A stretch of 64,000 nucleotides of DNA from Candidatus Aenigmatarchaeota archaeon (GTDB taxonomy: Archaea; Aenigmatarchaeota; Aenigmatarchaeia; QMZS01): contig JAGLVB010000012.1 in assembly GCA_023134135.1 (NCBI GenBank), positions 4,072-68,071 on the forward strand. Direction: 5' to 3'. Positions 8,930 through 18,251 of the stretch are shown in pieces. Made by a program: the position numbers and the translations under genes. The number at the start of each line of letters is the position of its first letter. The first letter of the stretch is position 1. The notes under the pieces are model-generated. The model saw only the letters and a program-made list of their open reading frames with translations, had not been told where the DNA came from and did not search any database.

Positions 8930-9091
8930 ATAAAGTTCCCCGCCACAGAGTGACGGGGTATTTAAAAATTAGTTAAAATATTTACTCCACTTCTCTATTA
9001 TATCCACAGTGATTCGCTTTCTTAACCATTAATATTTTGTTTTTAGTGAATTTCAATCCCCGCCACAGAGTGACGGGGTATTTGAGAATAA
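8930..9091. repeat. paired-hairpin element, copy B
   Basis: AAAGTTCCCCGCCACAGAGTGACGGGGTATTTAAAAATT ... ATTTCAATCCCCGCCACAGAGTGACGGGGTATTTGAGAATAA. Near-identical to copy C. Confidence 0.85.
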
Positions 9092-9140
9092 TCCGATTCT
9101 TTGAATCAAATAGTTATATAATCAAAAATAAGTCTAATAT

Positions 9141-9320
9141 ATGAGAAATATAAATCTCTCTCAGGGACTCATGATAATCCTGATGATAGGTGTAATATTT
9201 GCTCTCCTGTTAGTTTCAGGAACTTCTCTTTGCAGGTTTATTGGCGCAGACACTCCATTTGCTCCTGTTTGCGAAGTTCTTTTCTTAATCACAAAAAGCC
9301 TCTCCGGGGTTTTTTATTAA
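9141..9320 (+). CDS. possible small membrane protein (59 aa)
   Basis: ATG ORF MRNINLSQGLMIILMIGVIFALLLVSG... with one hydrophobic helix. It falls below the ORF-track cutoff and has no homology support. Confidence 0.3.
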   Translation: MRNINLSQGLMIILMIGVIFALLLVSGTSLCRFIGADTPFAPVCEVLFLITKSLSGVFY

Positions 9321-9357
9321 AACCAACATCTTAGGTTCAAAATGTTATAAATAGATT

Positions 9358-9849
9358 ATGAAAGGAATTTATAATTATTTACAGATTATATTAATAATTT
9401 TAATTTCCATATTGAGCTTAATCGTGGTTTTATATTTCTTTAATATGACCGGAATGCATATTATTAGAAACCCTGAATTTAATGTTAATTCCAATATCTC
9501 TGGATTACGTGATTACGGAACAAATGACAATATTGGTGTAATTGGAGATTCTATCAATATTTCGATTGATTGGGATTGTCAAAATCATTTATGCGATTAC
9601 CTCACAAATATTTCACTTATTCTTAAAGTAAATGGAGCGGTACTTAATGAAATTCAATCTATCCGCTTAAAAGATAACCTGACATTAACCTATATATTAG
9701 ACGAAGAAGGAATTTATATATTCTATTTTAATAAAACTAGTTTTATAGATAACAAAACTCTAATTAACCAGCAAATTATAAAAGTTTTTGAAGTAATAAC
9801 GCTCCCTAAATTCACAGAAGCCTTACAACAAACCAAATATATAAAATAA
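9358..9849 (+). CDS. membrane-anchored hypothetical protein
   Basis: N-terminal TM helix IILIILISILSLIVVLYFF, then a probably extracellular domain. Confidence 0.5.
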   Translation: MKGIYNYLQIILIILISILSLIVVLYFFNMTGMHIIRNPEFNVNSNISGLRDYGTNDNIGVIGDSINISIDWDCQNHLCDYLTNISLILKVNGAVLNEIQSIRLKDNLTLTYILDEEGIYIFYFNKTSFIDNKTLINQQIIKVFEVITLPKFTEALQQTKYIK

Positions 9850-9853
9850 TATT

Positions 9854-10057
9854 TTAATCTATCTCAACAACTTTCCTCTTACTCTTAAACCCTTTAACAA
9901 TTCTCACCTTCTTGCCAAAATATTTTGAAAGTATTCTCTCAACACCCAGATTTGCCTTATTATCCTCGGGTTTCTCTTTGATTTTGACTCTCATTGGCTC
10001 CTCATCCAGAATCTGCTCCTTTTTTGAATTCGGAACCACAATAATGTCTTTTTTCAT
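9854..10057 (-). CDS. DUF167/YggU-like small protein
   Basis: The C-terminal pattern ...KANLGVERILSKYFGKKVRIVKGFKSKRKVVEI resembles the UPF0235 family. Confidence 0.45.
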   Translation of the reverse strand: MKKDIIVVPNSKKEQILDEEPMRVKIKEKPEDNKANLGVERILSKYFGKKVRIVKGFKSKRKVVEID

Positions 10058-10104
10058 AAAAACTTATAGTAAATCTATATTTTAAGTTTTTTAGATAATA
10101 AAGA

Positions 10105-10518
10105 ATGGAGGTCATAGATGCGCAGGATAGTATCCTTGGAAGATTGGCAACAGAAGTTGCAAAAAAATCCTTAAAGGGAGAAGAATTTATAATTCTAAAT
10201 GCTGAAAAAATAGTTATTTCCGGGAACAAAGAAGTAATTTTCAAGAGATATCTTGAAAGAAGGCAGAGAGGATGCCCTATTCACGGACCTTTCTTCCCAT
10301 CAAAATCCGATATGATTGTTAAAAGAGCTATCAGAACTATGTTGCCTTACAAAAAAGCTTATGGAAAACAGGCTCTCAAAAGAATCAAAGTATTTTCCGG
10401 GGTGCCTGAAGAATACAAAGACAAAAAAATGGTGAAAATCGGAAAACAGGCAGACAAATTAAATTGCAATTTTGTTTTTATTTATGAAGTAAGCGAATAT
10501 CTCGGTGGTATAAAATGA
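10105..10518 (+). CDS. rpl13p: 50S ribosomal protein uL13
   Basis: VIDAQDSILGRLATEVAKKSLKGEEFIILNAEKIVISG is the conserved L13 N-terminus. Conserved L13-S9 gene order. Confidence 0.9.
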   Translation: MEVIDAQDSILGRLATEVAKKSLKGEEFIILNAEKIVISGNKEVIFKRYLERRQRGCPIHGPFFPSKSDMIVKRAIRTMLPYKKAYGKQALKRIKVFSGVPEEYKDKKMVKIGKQADKLNCNFVFIYEVSEYLGGIK

Positions 10519-11120
10519 ATGAAGGAAAAATAAATGCGGTTAAAACTGAAGTTAAAGAAACAGTGAATAAAATCAATAAAGAAAAAGTAAGTAAGGTCAA
10601 AAAAGAAACTAAAAAAACAGTTAATAAAATTAAAGAAAAAGTAGTTGGCGAAAAATTAGAGAGAAGACTTCTTGTTGTTGACACAGATAAAAAACCAGTC
10701 AAATCAAAATCTGTCAAAAAAAAGAAATTAGTGAACAATATCTATGTTGGGAAAAGAAAGAGAGCAATTGCAAGAGTAAGTTTAACTCAGGGAGATAAAA
10801 AAATAACAATCAACAATAAATCCATTGAAGAGTTTCCAAAAGTTGCTCAGTTAAAAATTTCAGAACCTCTCATCATTGCGGAAGAAGATAATTACAACAT
10901 CAAAGTCAATGTTAAAGGCGGCGGAGTGATGGGGCAAGCAGAAGCAATTGCCCAGGGAATTGCAAAAGCCTTGGTAAAATTAAAAGGTGAGTCTTTGAAA
11001 AAGAAATTAATTGCCTACGACAGGAATCTTTTAATTCAGGACATCAGAAGAACAGAACCTCACAAACCATCGTGCAGTAAAAGAGGTCCAAGAGCCCACA
11101 AACAGAGAAGCAAGAGGTAG
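10515..11120 (+). CDS. rps9p: 30S ribosomal protein uS9 with ~70-aa Lys-rich N-terminal extension
   Basis: GKRKRAIARVSL...VKGGGVMGQAEAI...RRTEPHKP...KQRSKR. ATGA start/stop overlap with rpl13p. Confidence 0.9.
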   Translation: MNEGKINAVKTEVKETVNKINKEKVSKVKKETKKTVNKIKEKVVGEKLERRLLVVDTDKKPVKSKSVKKKKLVNNIYVGKRKRAIARVSLTQGDKKITINNKSIEEFPKVAQLKISEPLIIAEEDNYNIKVNVKGGGVMGQAEAIAQGIAKALVKLKGESLKKKLIAYDRNLLIQDIRRTEPHKPSCSKRGPRAHKQRSKR

Positions 11121-11311
11121 TTCAATTATCTATTGTTTTTATTATGACTGAAGCAGAATCTTATTTAAAAACATTCAGACAAGAAGAAGCATTGTATGGT
11201 CTAAGAGCTATGAATAATTACCTAAACTTATTAGAATCTCAAATATATCGGAGAAGTTATTTAAAAGGATTATTCAAAAAATAAGATTAATTATAAAAAA
11301 AGAAATCGGTT

Positions 11312-11776
11312 TTATCCTTTAACACTTATAGGGATTACCTCATATCTTATATTTGATTGAAGCTCATAACTACCACTAAATTCCTGCCTTAGTCTTTCCT
11401 CCAATTCAATTTTTTTCAGAATTGCTGATTCTTTTGAACCATGACCGCTTATATATTGCACCCCTTGAAATTCATCATCCATGCATTTTCCTGTTTCTGG
11501 ATCTCGTATACAATATTTCTTTGCTAACAAATACACCTGTTCTATATAATTCGCAAGCGAATTGTCACCTTTGACTGTTAGCACCTCATATTTTAAATCA
11601 GGTGTTGAACCATTACTATTTACATGTTCAATTTCAAATCTTTTTTCTATCTCAATTTTTTCTCCGTCTGCTGATTCCTTTGAAATATAAGCCCCCAAAG
11701 GATAAATTAACTTATAGTTTTTATCCTCAGAATCCAAACAAGATCTTTTTACCAGCAAATGCACATCTCCTTCCAT
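11312..11776 (-). CDS. hypothetical protein with internal duplication
   Basis: Two ~70-aa halves share VxLLxKxxC...YEVxxxxVKG. Confidence 0.5.
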   Translation of the reverse strand: MEGDVHLLVKRSCLDSEDKNYKLIYPLGAYISKESADGEKIEIEKRFEIEHVNSNGSTPDLKYEVLTVKGDNSLANYIEQVYLLAKKYCIRDPETGKCMDDEFQGVQYISGHGSKESAILKKIELEERLRQEFSGSYELQSNIRYEVIPISVKG

Positions 11777-11885
11777 TTATCTATTTAAAAAATCTTTATA
11801 TAAGCACAGATACTATTTATAAGTAATAATACTGGCAATATAAGGTAAATTAGCAGAATAAAGGTAATAATCCTCTATTTATATT

Positions 11886-12692
11886 ATGATTTACATTGGC
11901 ACTGCGGGAATACCTTCAATTACAGAAGGGGATACTTTGCAGGGAATTCAGGATGTTAAAAAAATTGGTCTTGATGCCATGGAACTTGAATTTGTGAGAA
12001 ATGTTTATCTGAAAAAAGATAGTGCAATTGAAGTTGGGAAGATTGCAAAAAATCTCGGAATCAAACTGTCTATCCACGCTTCCTATTTCGTAAATCTTTG
12101 CAACCCGGAAAAAGTCGAAGACAGCAAAAAAAGAATTTTAAGTTCCTGCGAAATTGGTCATTATGCTAGAGCAAAATATATTGTGTTTCATCCTGGATAT
12201 TACGGAAAACTTTCAAAAGAAGAAGCTTATGAATTTGTAAAAAAAGGGTGCGAAGAATTAATGGAAGAAATAAACAAAAACAAATGGGATGTTTTTCTTG
12301 GTCTGGAAACAACAGGGAAAAAATCGCAGTTCGGAACCCTTGATGAAATCCTGAAAATTTGCGATGAAGTTAAAGGTTGCAGACCTGTAATTGACTTCGC
12401 GCATATCTTTGCGAGGCAGGGCGGGGAAATTAATTATTCTGAGGTTCTTGAAAAAGTGAAAAAATTCAAAGAAATTCACACCCATTTTTCGGGGATCGAA
12501 TTCACAGATAAAGGAGAAAAAAGACATCTTGCGATTTCTACCAACCAGCCGGATTTTAAAGAACTTGGCAAAGAACTGCTTAACAAAGATTTTGGGGGGA
12601 AAGATAAAAATATAATTATTATCTGCGAAAGTCCCTTGATTGAACAGGATAGTTTGAGGATGAAAAAAATTATTGGAGATTTGGAAAAATAA
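11886..12692 (+). CDS. endonuclease IV-like / xylose isomerase-like TIM-barrel protein
   Basis: HASYFVNL, VFHPGYYG, LGLETTG, DFAHIFAR and HTHFSG are metal-ligand blocks typical of the AP endonuclease 2 family. Confidence 0.7.
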   Translation: MIYIGTAGIPSITEGDTLQGIQDVKKIGLDAMELEFVRNVYLKKDSAIEVGKIAKNLGIKLSIHASYFVNLCNPEKVEDSKKRILSSCEIGHYARAKYIVFHPGYYGKLSKEEAYEFVKKGCEELMEEINKNKWDVFLGLETTGKKSQFGTLDEILKICDEVKGCRPVIDFAHIFARQGGEINYSEVLEKVKKFKEIHTHFSGIEFTDKGEKRHLAISTNQPDFKELGKELLNKDFGGKDKNIIIICESPLIEQDSLRMKKIIGDLEK

Positions 12693-12764
12693 TTAGACAG
12701 GTTTAAATTTTATTGAAGAACTATGGATATAAACAGAGTTTATTGAATAAGTATTGCAATCAAA

Positions 12765-14237
12765 TCAAACTGGTTCAAACCTAAAAAGAGTTTTATCCAT
12801 ATCTTTAAATTTATAAGGATAAATTCCTTCCACGCACCCATAACATTTATCACCGCAAACATTTTTCAGAGCATCAACAGACAAATAACCAACCCCATCA
12901 ATTCTTACCTCGCCTAATTTAGGGTGAACATAATTTTCTAATTCTTTTTCAAGTTCAGTATGGTCTCCTGCAATTTCCATTGGATCCAAACCAAGAACAT
13001 TTGTGATTAATTCTTCGGGATGAGTATCTATTCCTGCATGACAGGGTCCTATTATTGGGGGACACCCAATCATTGTATAAACTTTATGGGCTCCATATTC
13101 CCTGAGCAAATTTACAACAACTGGCGTATTGTTATACCTCACAATTGAATCATCAACAGTAACAATATTATTTCCTTCCACCCTATCCCTCACAACAAGA
13201 AAACTTGTTCTTGCTTTCTGCAATCTCTCTGAAGAATCCTGACTAACCATGAAAGTTCTTGCATATTTAGCAGAAGGATCTTTTATTAATATCTCCTGAA
13301 CATCTTTAGAATAGCCTCTTGCATAATTTTGTCCTGAACGCGGAACCCATGTTACTTTACTGCAGGTTTCCGGGGGGTGTTCTTCTCTTAATTGCTTTCC
13401 CAATTGATATCTGTATTCAATAACAGACCTGCCATTTACTGTTGAATCAGGTCTCATCTCATAGATAATTTCAAAAAAACAAAGGGGTTTTACTCTTTTT
13501 TTCTGCGCAGTTTCAAACTCGCCGGAATCAATATCATAAACCCCAATTATTCCTGATTCCACTTCCCGAATATCTGTTGCACTAAGTTTATAAAGAGGAG
13601 AATCTTCAGAAGCAAAAACCAAAGAATCCCTGAATTTTCCTTTGTAGAAAGGTCTCAATCCATCCCTTTCATAGAAAAAATAATTTTTGTCTTTATTATC
13701 ATCTGAAAGAAGACCCACTGCAGTGAAACCCCCATAATCAAAAACCTCGTCATAAACCGAACTTAATGATTTCAGCAAATCAGGATTTTCCAGATAATTA
13801 TCAAGAATTAAGCCCGCAAAAGTGGAAGCATCATTTGTGGATTTATCAAAATTTATTCCTTTTTCTTCCAGGTTTTCTCTCCATCTTAAATGGTCTGAAA
13901 TTTCCCCATTCATTGCAAAATCAAGGGTGCAATTATCCATCTTAACCCTGACTGGATGAGCATTATCCAGATTATCTCCACCCTCTGTGGCATATCTGAC
14001 ATGACCTATTCCAACTTCCCCTCTTAAATCATGCGAATCCCTGAACTCTTGGGTAAACACTTCATGAGGCAATCCTTTGCCCTTATGCCTGATTAATTCA
14101 CCTTCCCTATATAAAGTTCCCCCTGATGCCTGCTGTCCCCGGTTTTTTGATTCTTCCAAAATATAATTAATTGACTTAAATATATCCAAATCCGGTTCTC
14201 TATTTAAATTTATAGCTGCTGATACCCCGCATCCCAT
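12765..14237 (-). CDS. amidophosphoribosyltransferase-like (class II glutamine amidotransferase + PRT domain)
   Basis: N-terminal MGCGV (Ntn Cys), HVRYATEG, PRPP-loop-like VTVDDSIVRYNNT. Confidence 0.65.
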   Translation of the reverse strand: MGCGVSAAINLNREPDLDIFKSINYILEESKNRGQQASGGTLYREGELIRHKGKGLPHEVFTQEFRDSHDLRGEVGIGHVRYATEGGDNLDNAHPVRVKMDNCTLDFAMNGEISDHLRWRENLEEKGINFDKSTNDASTFAGLILDNYLENPDLLKSLSSVYDEVFDYGGFTAVGLLSDDNKDKNYFFYERDGLRPFYKGKFRDSLVFASEDSPLYKLSATDIREVESGIIGVYDIDSGEFETAQKKRVKPLCFFEIIYEMRPDSTVNGRSVIEYRYQLGKQLREEHPPETCSKVTWVPRSGQNYARGYSKDVQEILIKDPSAKYARTFMVSQDSSERLQKARTSFLVVRDRVEGNNIVTVDDSIVRYNNTPVVVNLLREYGAHKVYTMIGCPPIIGPCHAGIDTHPEELITNVLGLDPMEIAGDHTELEKELENYVHPKLGEVRIDGVGYLSVDALKNVCGDKCYGCVEGIYPYKFKDMDKTLFRFEPV

Positions 14238-14338
14238 AAATTGAGGTAAACATAATTTTTTATAAACCTATAAAATCACCGGGATTTTTTATAAGTGAGC
14301 ATCCAGAGGTTGTATTTTATTTGACTTCTCTATATATT

Positions 14339-14785
14339 ATGAAGAAACTGGATTCTTTAATCTTACAATACAAAAAAGGGGAATGCGAACTGATAACTTT
14401 ATTTGAAGAAATAGTAAAATCAAAAAAATATCTTCCCTTTGAAAAACTTAATTATCTAAGCAAAAAACTTGATATTCCACTTGCAAAATTATACACAACC
14501 GCAAGTTTCTATTCTCTTATTCCAACCGCAAAAAAAGGAAAATATATTATTCGCGTATGCAATAATTTGTCATGCAATCTTAATGGATCTGAAACTATTC
14601 TGGAAATGCTGAAAAAAGAATTAAAAATTAATCTTGGGGAAACAACCAAAGACGGAAAATTCAGTCTTGAACTCACATCCTGCATTGGACAATGCGATTC
14701 CGCGCCCGCAATGCTAATTAATAATAAACCTTATGTAAAACTTGATAAAACCAAAGTCCGCAAAATATTGCGGGAATTAAAGTAA
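14339..14785 (+). CDS. NuoE/HydC-like [2Fe-2S] thioredoxin-like subunit
   Basis: IRVCNNLSCNLNGS...LTSCIGQCDSAPAMLIN cysteine pattern. Start moved from the TTG at 14321 to the first ATG. Confidence 0.8.
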   Translation: MKKLDSLILQYKKGECELITLFEEIVKSKKYLPFEKLNYLSKKLDIPLAKLYTTASFYSLIPTAKKGKYIIRVCNNLSCNLNGSETILEMLKKELKINLGETTKDGKFSLELTSCIGQCDSAPAMLINNKPYVKLDKTKVRKILRELK

Positions 14786-14786
14786 T

Positions 14787-15890
14787 ATGCAAATCTTAAG
14801 AAAATCAAATTGGGAAGGGTTTGAAAAAACCAGAAAAATGAAGAGAATTGAGATTATCAACGTTGTTAAAAAATCAGGGTTGAAAGGGAGGAGCGGTTCC
14901 AATTTCTTCACAGGATTGAAGTGGGAACTTATGGGAAAAGGAACAAGATATCTTATTTGTAATGCTGATGAAAGCGAACCCGGGACCTTCAAAGATAAAT
15001 TTATAATGGAAAATAATCCTTCTCTGTTAATTGAAGGCATTGCAATTGCATCCTATGCAATGGACATTCATTCAGCGATTATTTATCTTAGGGGAGAATA
15101 TTTTCACCTTAAACCAAAACTTGAAAAATTAATAAAACAATCTGAAAAACACCTGAAGAAAATAAAACTGAAAATAAAAATTGTTCTTGGAGCAGGTTCT
15201 TATCTCTGCGGAGAAGAAACAGCCATCCTTGAATCTATTGAGGGAAACAGACCTTTAGTCAGGAAAAAACCTCCCTACCCATCCCAATCAGGATTGTATG
15301 GAAAACCAACCTGCATAAATAATGTTGAGACTCTCGCGAATATCCCGTTGATTATTCTTGGGAACTGGGACAATAATCTGCAGTTATTTTCCCTGTCAGG
15401 AGATTTAAATGAACCGGGAATTTATGAGATTGAACTTGGAATGCCATTAAAACATATTGTATCTCTGGGAAAACCAAAAAACGAACCAAAAGCAGTTTAT
15501 TTCGGTGGTTCTGGGGGATGCATCCCTTACCAAAAATTCAAAAATCTGCGGGTTGATAATGAATTAATTTCAGAAAAAGGGGGTTTCCTCGGAGCAAGAG
15601 GTCTGATAATTGTTGGGGAAAACAGAGATATTGTGGATATCTCAAGAACCTTAAGCGAATTCTTTGTGCACGAAAGTTGCGGATACTGCACCCCCTGCAG
15701 GGAAGGAAACTTCAGGGTTGTTGAACTCCTTGAAAAAATTGAAAATAACAAAGCAAAAAAAGATGATGTTAAACTTCTTGAACAACTCGCATACCACATC
15801 AGCGACACATCTTACTGCGCCCTCGGGGTTGCATCAACAACTCATTTAAAATGCGCATTAAAATATTTTAAAAAGGAATTCAAAGTATGA
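14787..15890 (+). CDS. NuoF/HydB-like NAD(P)H- and FMN-binding subunit
   Basis: GLKGRSGSNFFTGLKW, ICNADESEPGTFKD, ESCGYCTPCREG (4Fe-4S). Confidence 0.85.
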   Translation: MQILRKSNWEGFEKTRKMKRIEIINVVKKSGLKGRSGSNFFTGLKWELMGKGTRYLICNADESEPGTFKDKFIMENNPSLLIEGIAIASYAMDIHSAIIYLRGEYFHLKPKLEKLIKQSEKHLKKIKLKIKIVLGAGSYLCGEETAILESIEGNRPLVRKKPPYPSQSGLYGKPTCINNVETLANIPLIILGNWDNNLQLFSLSGDLNEPGIYEIELGMPLKHIVSLGKPKNEPKAVYFGGSGGCIPYQKFKNLRVDNELISEKGGFLGARGLIIVGENRDIVDISRTLSEFFVHESCGYCTPCREGNFRVVELLEKIENNKAKKDDVKLLEQLAYHISDTSYCALGVASTTHLKCALKYFKKEFKV

Positions 15891-17581
15891 AAATAAAACT
15901 AAATGGAAAATGGGTCTTAGCAGAAGAAGGAGAAACAATTTTAAAAGTTGCGGAGAGAAATAAAATTCACATCCCAACTTTATGTTATCACCCGGATTTG
16001 AAACCTCAGGGAAGGTGCAGGGTTTGTCTTGTTGAAGTTCATGGCAAATTAGTAACCTCATGCGATACAAAAATCAAAGATAAAATGGAAATTATTACAA
16101 ACACAAAAAGAGTTGCGGACGCAAGAAAATTAAATATAGAACTTTTATGCAGCAATTATTCAGGAGAAAAAGAACTTGAATTCTCTGTTGTCGCAAAAGA
16201 ACTTGGGATAAAAAAATCAATATTTGAAAAAACAATCAAAGAAATTAAATCTCCGATGGAAAAAGATAATATGAAATGTTTATTATGCGGGAGATGCGTG
16301 CAGGTATGCGGAGTTGTGCAGAAAATAAATAATATTGAATTTGCTGGCCGCGGAGTATCTTCCCGTATAACCATTCCTTATGATCTATCCGTAAAAGATA
16401 CTCCATGCACTTTCTGCGGACAATGCGCTTTGTATTGCCCAAGCAACGCCATAAGAGAAAAAGCATACAATAAAAAAGCTGTGAAAACTATGATGGAAGA
16501 AATGGATAAACTTATAAACAAGAAGAAATTTGTTATTGCGCAAACCGCTCCTGCGGTCAGAGCCTCCCTCGGAGAAATGTTTGGAATGAAACCAGGCACT
16601 TTAGTTACAGGAAAAATGGTGACTGCTTTGAGAAAAATTGGTTTTGATAAAGTCTTTGACACTGACTTCGGTGCGGATTTAACAATTATGGAAGAAGCGA
16701 GCGAGTTTATTGAGAGAATGAAAAGCAAAAAAAACCTTCCGTTGATTACCTCCTGCTGTCCCGCATGGATTAAATTTGCTGAACAAACTTATCCGTTTTT
16801 GCTTAAAAATATTTCAAGTTGCAAATCACCCCACCAGATGGTTGGAGCTATTGCAAAAACCTATTATGCTCAGAAAATTGGGGTGAAACCAGAAGATCTT
16901 ATGGTTGTTTCAATAATGCCCTGCATTGCAAAGAAATTCGAGGCAAATAGACCTGAACTGAAAACCGCGGGATGCAATGATGTTGATGTTGTGTTAACAA
17001 CCAGAGAAATTGGGAGGATGATTAAAACAAAAAATATTAATTTCACCAAACTAAAAGATGAAGAATTTGATGAACCTCTTGGAATTTCTTCTGGTGGGGG
17101 TGCAATATTTGGAGTGACTGGGGGGGTAATGGAAGCCGCACTCAGAGTTGCTTATGAAATTCTCACAGGAAAAATATTGCAAAAATTGGATTTCATTCAA
17201 GTAAGAGGACTTGAAGGTATAAAAGAATCTGATGTAAAAATTGGCAATCAGACAATAAAAGTTGCAGTGGTGCATGGGCTTGGAAATATAAGAGAATTTA
17301 TTGAAAGTGGAAGATGGAAAAATTATCATTTTATAGAAATGATGGCATGTCCAGGAGGATGCATTGGAGGTGGAGGACAGCCAAGACCAACCACAAATGA
17401 AATCCGCAGGAAAAGGATGGAAGCGATTTACAGGCAGGATAAAAGTATGGAACTAAGAATGTCAAACAAAAATCCGGCAGTTCAAGAACTTTACTCAGAA
17501 TTTTTGGGAAAACCTCTTGGGAAAATGTCAAAGAAATTATTGCACACTAAATACAAGAAAAGGAAAGTTAAATTTACTTAA
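15887..17581 (+). CDS. hydA: [FeFe]-hydrogenase catalytic subunit HydA
   Basis: H-cluster motifs TSCCPAW, MPCIAKKFE and MACPGGCIGGGGQP. N-terminal 2Fe-2S and 2x[4Fe-4S] ferredoxin-like Cys clusters. Confidence 0.9.
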   Translation: MKIKLNGKWVLAEEGETILKVAERNKIHIPTLCYHPDLKPQGRCRVCLVEVHGKLVTSCDTKIKDKMEIITNTKRVADARKLNIELLCSNYSGEKELEFSVVAKELGIKKSIFEKTIKEIKSPMEKDNMKCLLCGRCVQVCGVVQKINNIEFAGRGVSSRITIPYDLSVKDTPCTFCGQCALYCPSNAIREKAYNKKAVKTMMEEMDKLINKKKFVIAQTAPAVRASLGEMFGMKPGTLVTGKMVTALRKIGFDKVFDTDFGADLTIMEEASEFIERMKSKKNLPLITSCCPAWIKFAEQTYPFLLKNISSCKSPHQMVGAIAKTYYAQKIGVKPEDLMVVSIMPCIAKKFEANRPELKTAGCNDVDVVLTTREIGRMIKTKNINFTKLKDEEFDEPLGISSGGGAIFGVTGGVMEAALRVAYEILTGKILQKLDFIQVRGLEGIKESDVKIGNQTIKVAVVHGLGNIREFIESGRWKNYHFIEMMACPGGCIGGGGQPRPTTNEIRRKRMEAIYRQDKSMELRMSNKNPAVQELYSEFLGKPLGKMSKKLLHTKYKKRKVKFT

Positions 17582-17630
17582 TTATCTCGTCAGAGAATTG
17601 TGAATTTAAATAATAATTTGGTAAACAATT

Positions 17631-18203
17631 ATGACAACAATTGAAAATCTGACTAAAGCATTTATTGGGGAAAGTCAGGCAAGGAATAGATATACAATAT
17701 ACGCAAAGATTGCAAAGAAAGAGGGATTTGAACAGATTTCAGAAATTTTTTTGGTTTCAGCGGATAATGAAAGAGAACACGCAAAATGGTTGTTCAGAAT
17801 GATTGGAGAACTAAATAAAAACAATGAAGGTGAAATAAAAGTTGATGCAGGGACTCCAACAACTCTTGGAAACACAGTAGAAAACCTGAAGGCTGCGATT
17901 GCGGGGGAGAACTTTGAACACACTCAAATGTACCCTGAATTCGCAAAAACTGCTGAAGAAGAAGGACTTCTTGAAATTGCCGCAAGACTTAGAGCAATTG
18001 CAAAAGCAGAAGAACATCACGAGGAAAGATACCTCAAATTGCTGAAAGAAATTGAAGGTAATTCAGTATTCAAAAAAGAAAATAAAGTTTACTGGGTTTG
18101 CAGGAAATGCGGATATGTTCACGAAGGAGAAGAAGCTATTGAAAAATGTCCTTCATGCGACCATCCAAAGAATTATTTTGAAGTTAAATGCGAAAATTAC
18201 TGA
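17631..18203 (+). CDS. rbr: rubrerythrin
   Basis: Ferritin-like ExxH pairs ([15 protein letters not shown]) plus a C-terminal rubredoxin CRKCG...CPSC. Confidence 0.9.
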   Translation: MTTIENLTKAFIGESQARNRYTIYAKIAKKEGFEQISEIFLVSADNEREHAKWLFRMIGELNKNNEGEIKVDAGTPTTLGNTVENLKAAIAGENFEHTQMYPEFAKTAEEEGLLEIAARLRAIAKAEEHHEERYLKLLKEIEGNSVFKKENKVYWVCRKCGYVHEGEEAIEKCPSCDHPKNYFEVKCENY

Positions 18204-18251
18204 TTTTATTTTTTAATATATCTAAAATTGAATATTATTATTGGTAAGACT

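Noticed and set aside
9035-9082. 15-codon mini-ORF on the minus strand inside the hairpin element insert (MVKKANHCGYNREVE in copy B)
   Set aside because: Its length and sequence are not conserved. Copy A stops after 9 codons, and copy C has non-synonymous changes. It is probably not coding.
8930-9091. The 160-bp paired-hairpin elements as genuine adaptive CRISPR arrays
   Set aside because: There are only two repeats per locus. The insert is ~77 nt, and it is conserved between the three copies rather than unique. They are reported as CRISPR-like or MITE-like elements instead.
11144-11284. 46-aa ORF downstream of rps9p (MTEAESYLKTFRQEEALYGL...)
   Set aside because: This is the position where rpoN often follows S9. 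However, the peptide lacks the RpoN zinc-binding cysteines, and nothing else supports it.
15527-17531. Minus-strand and alternative-frame ORFs inside hydB/hydA (15527-15808, 15664-15849, 15858-16070, 16156-16728, 17051-17531)
   Set aside because: They overlap motif-rich hydrogenase genes and have no features of their own.
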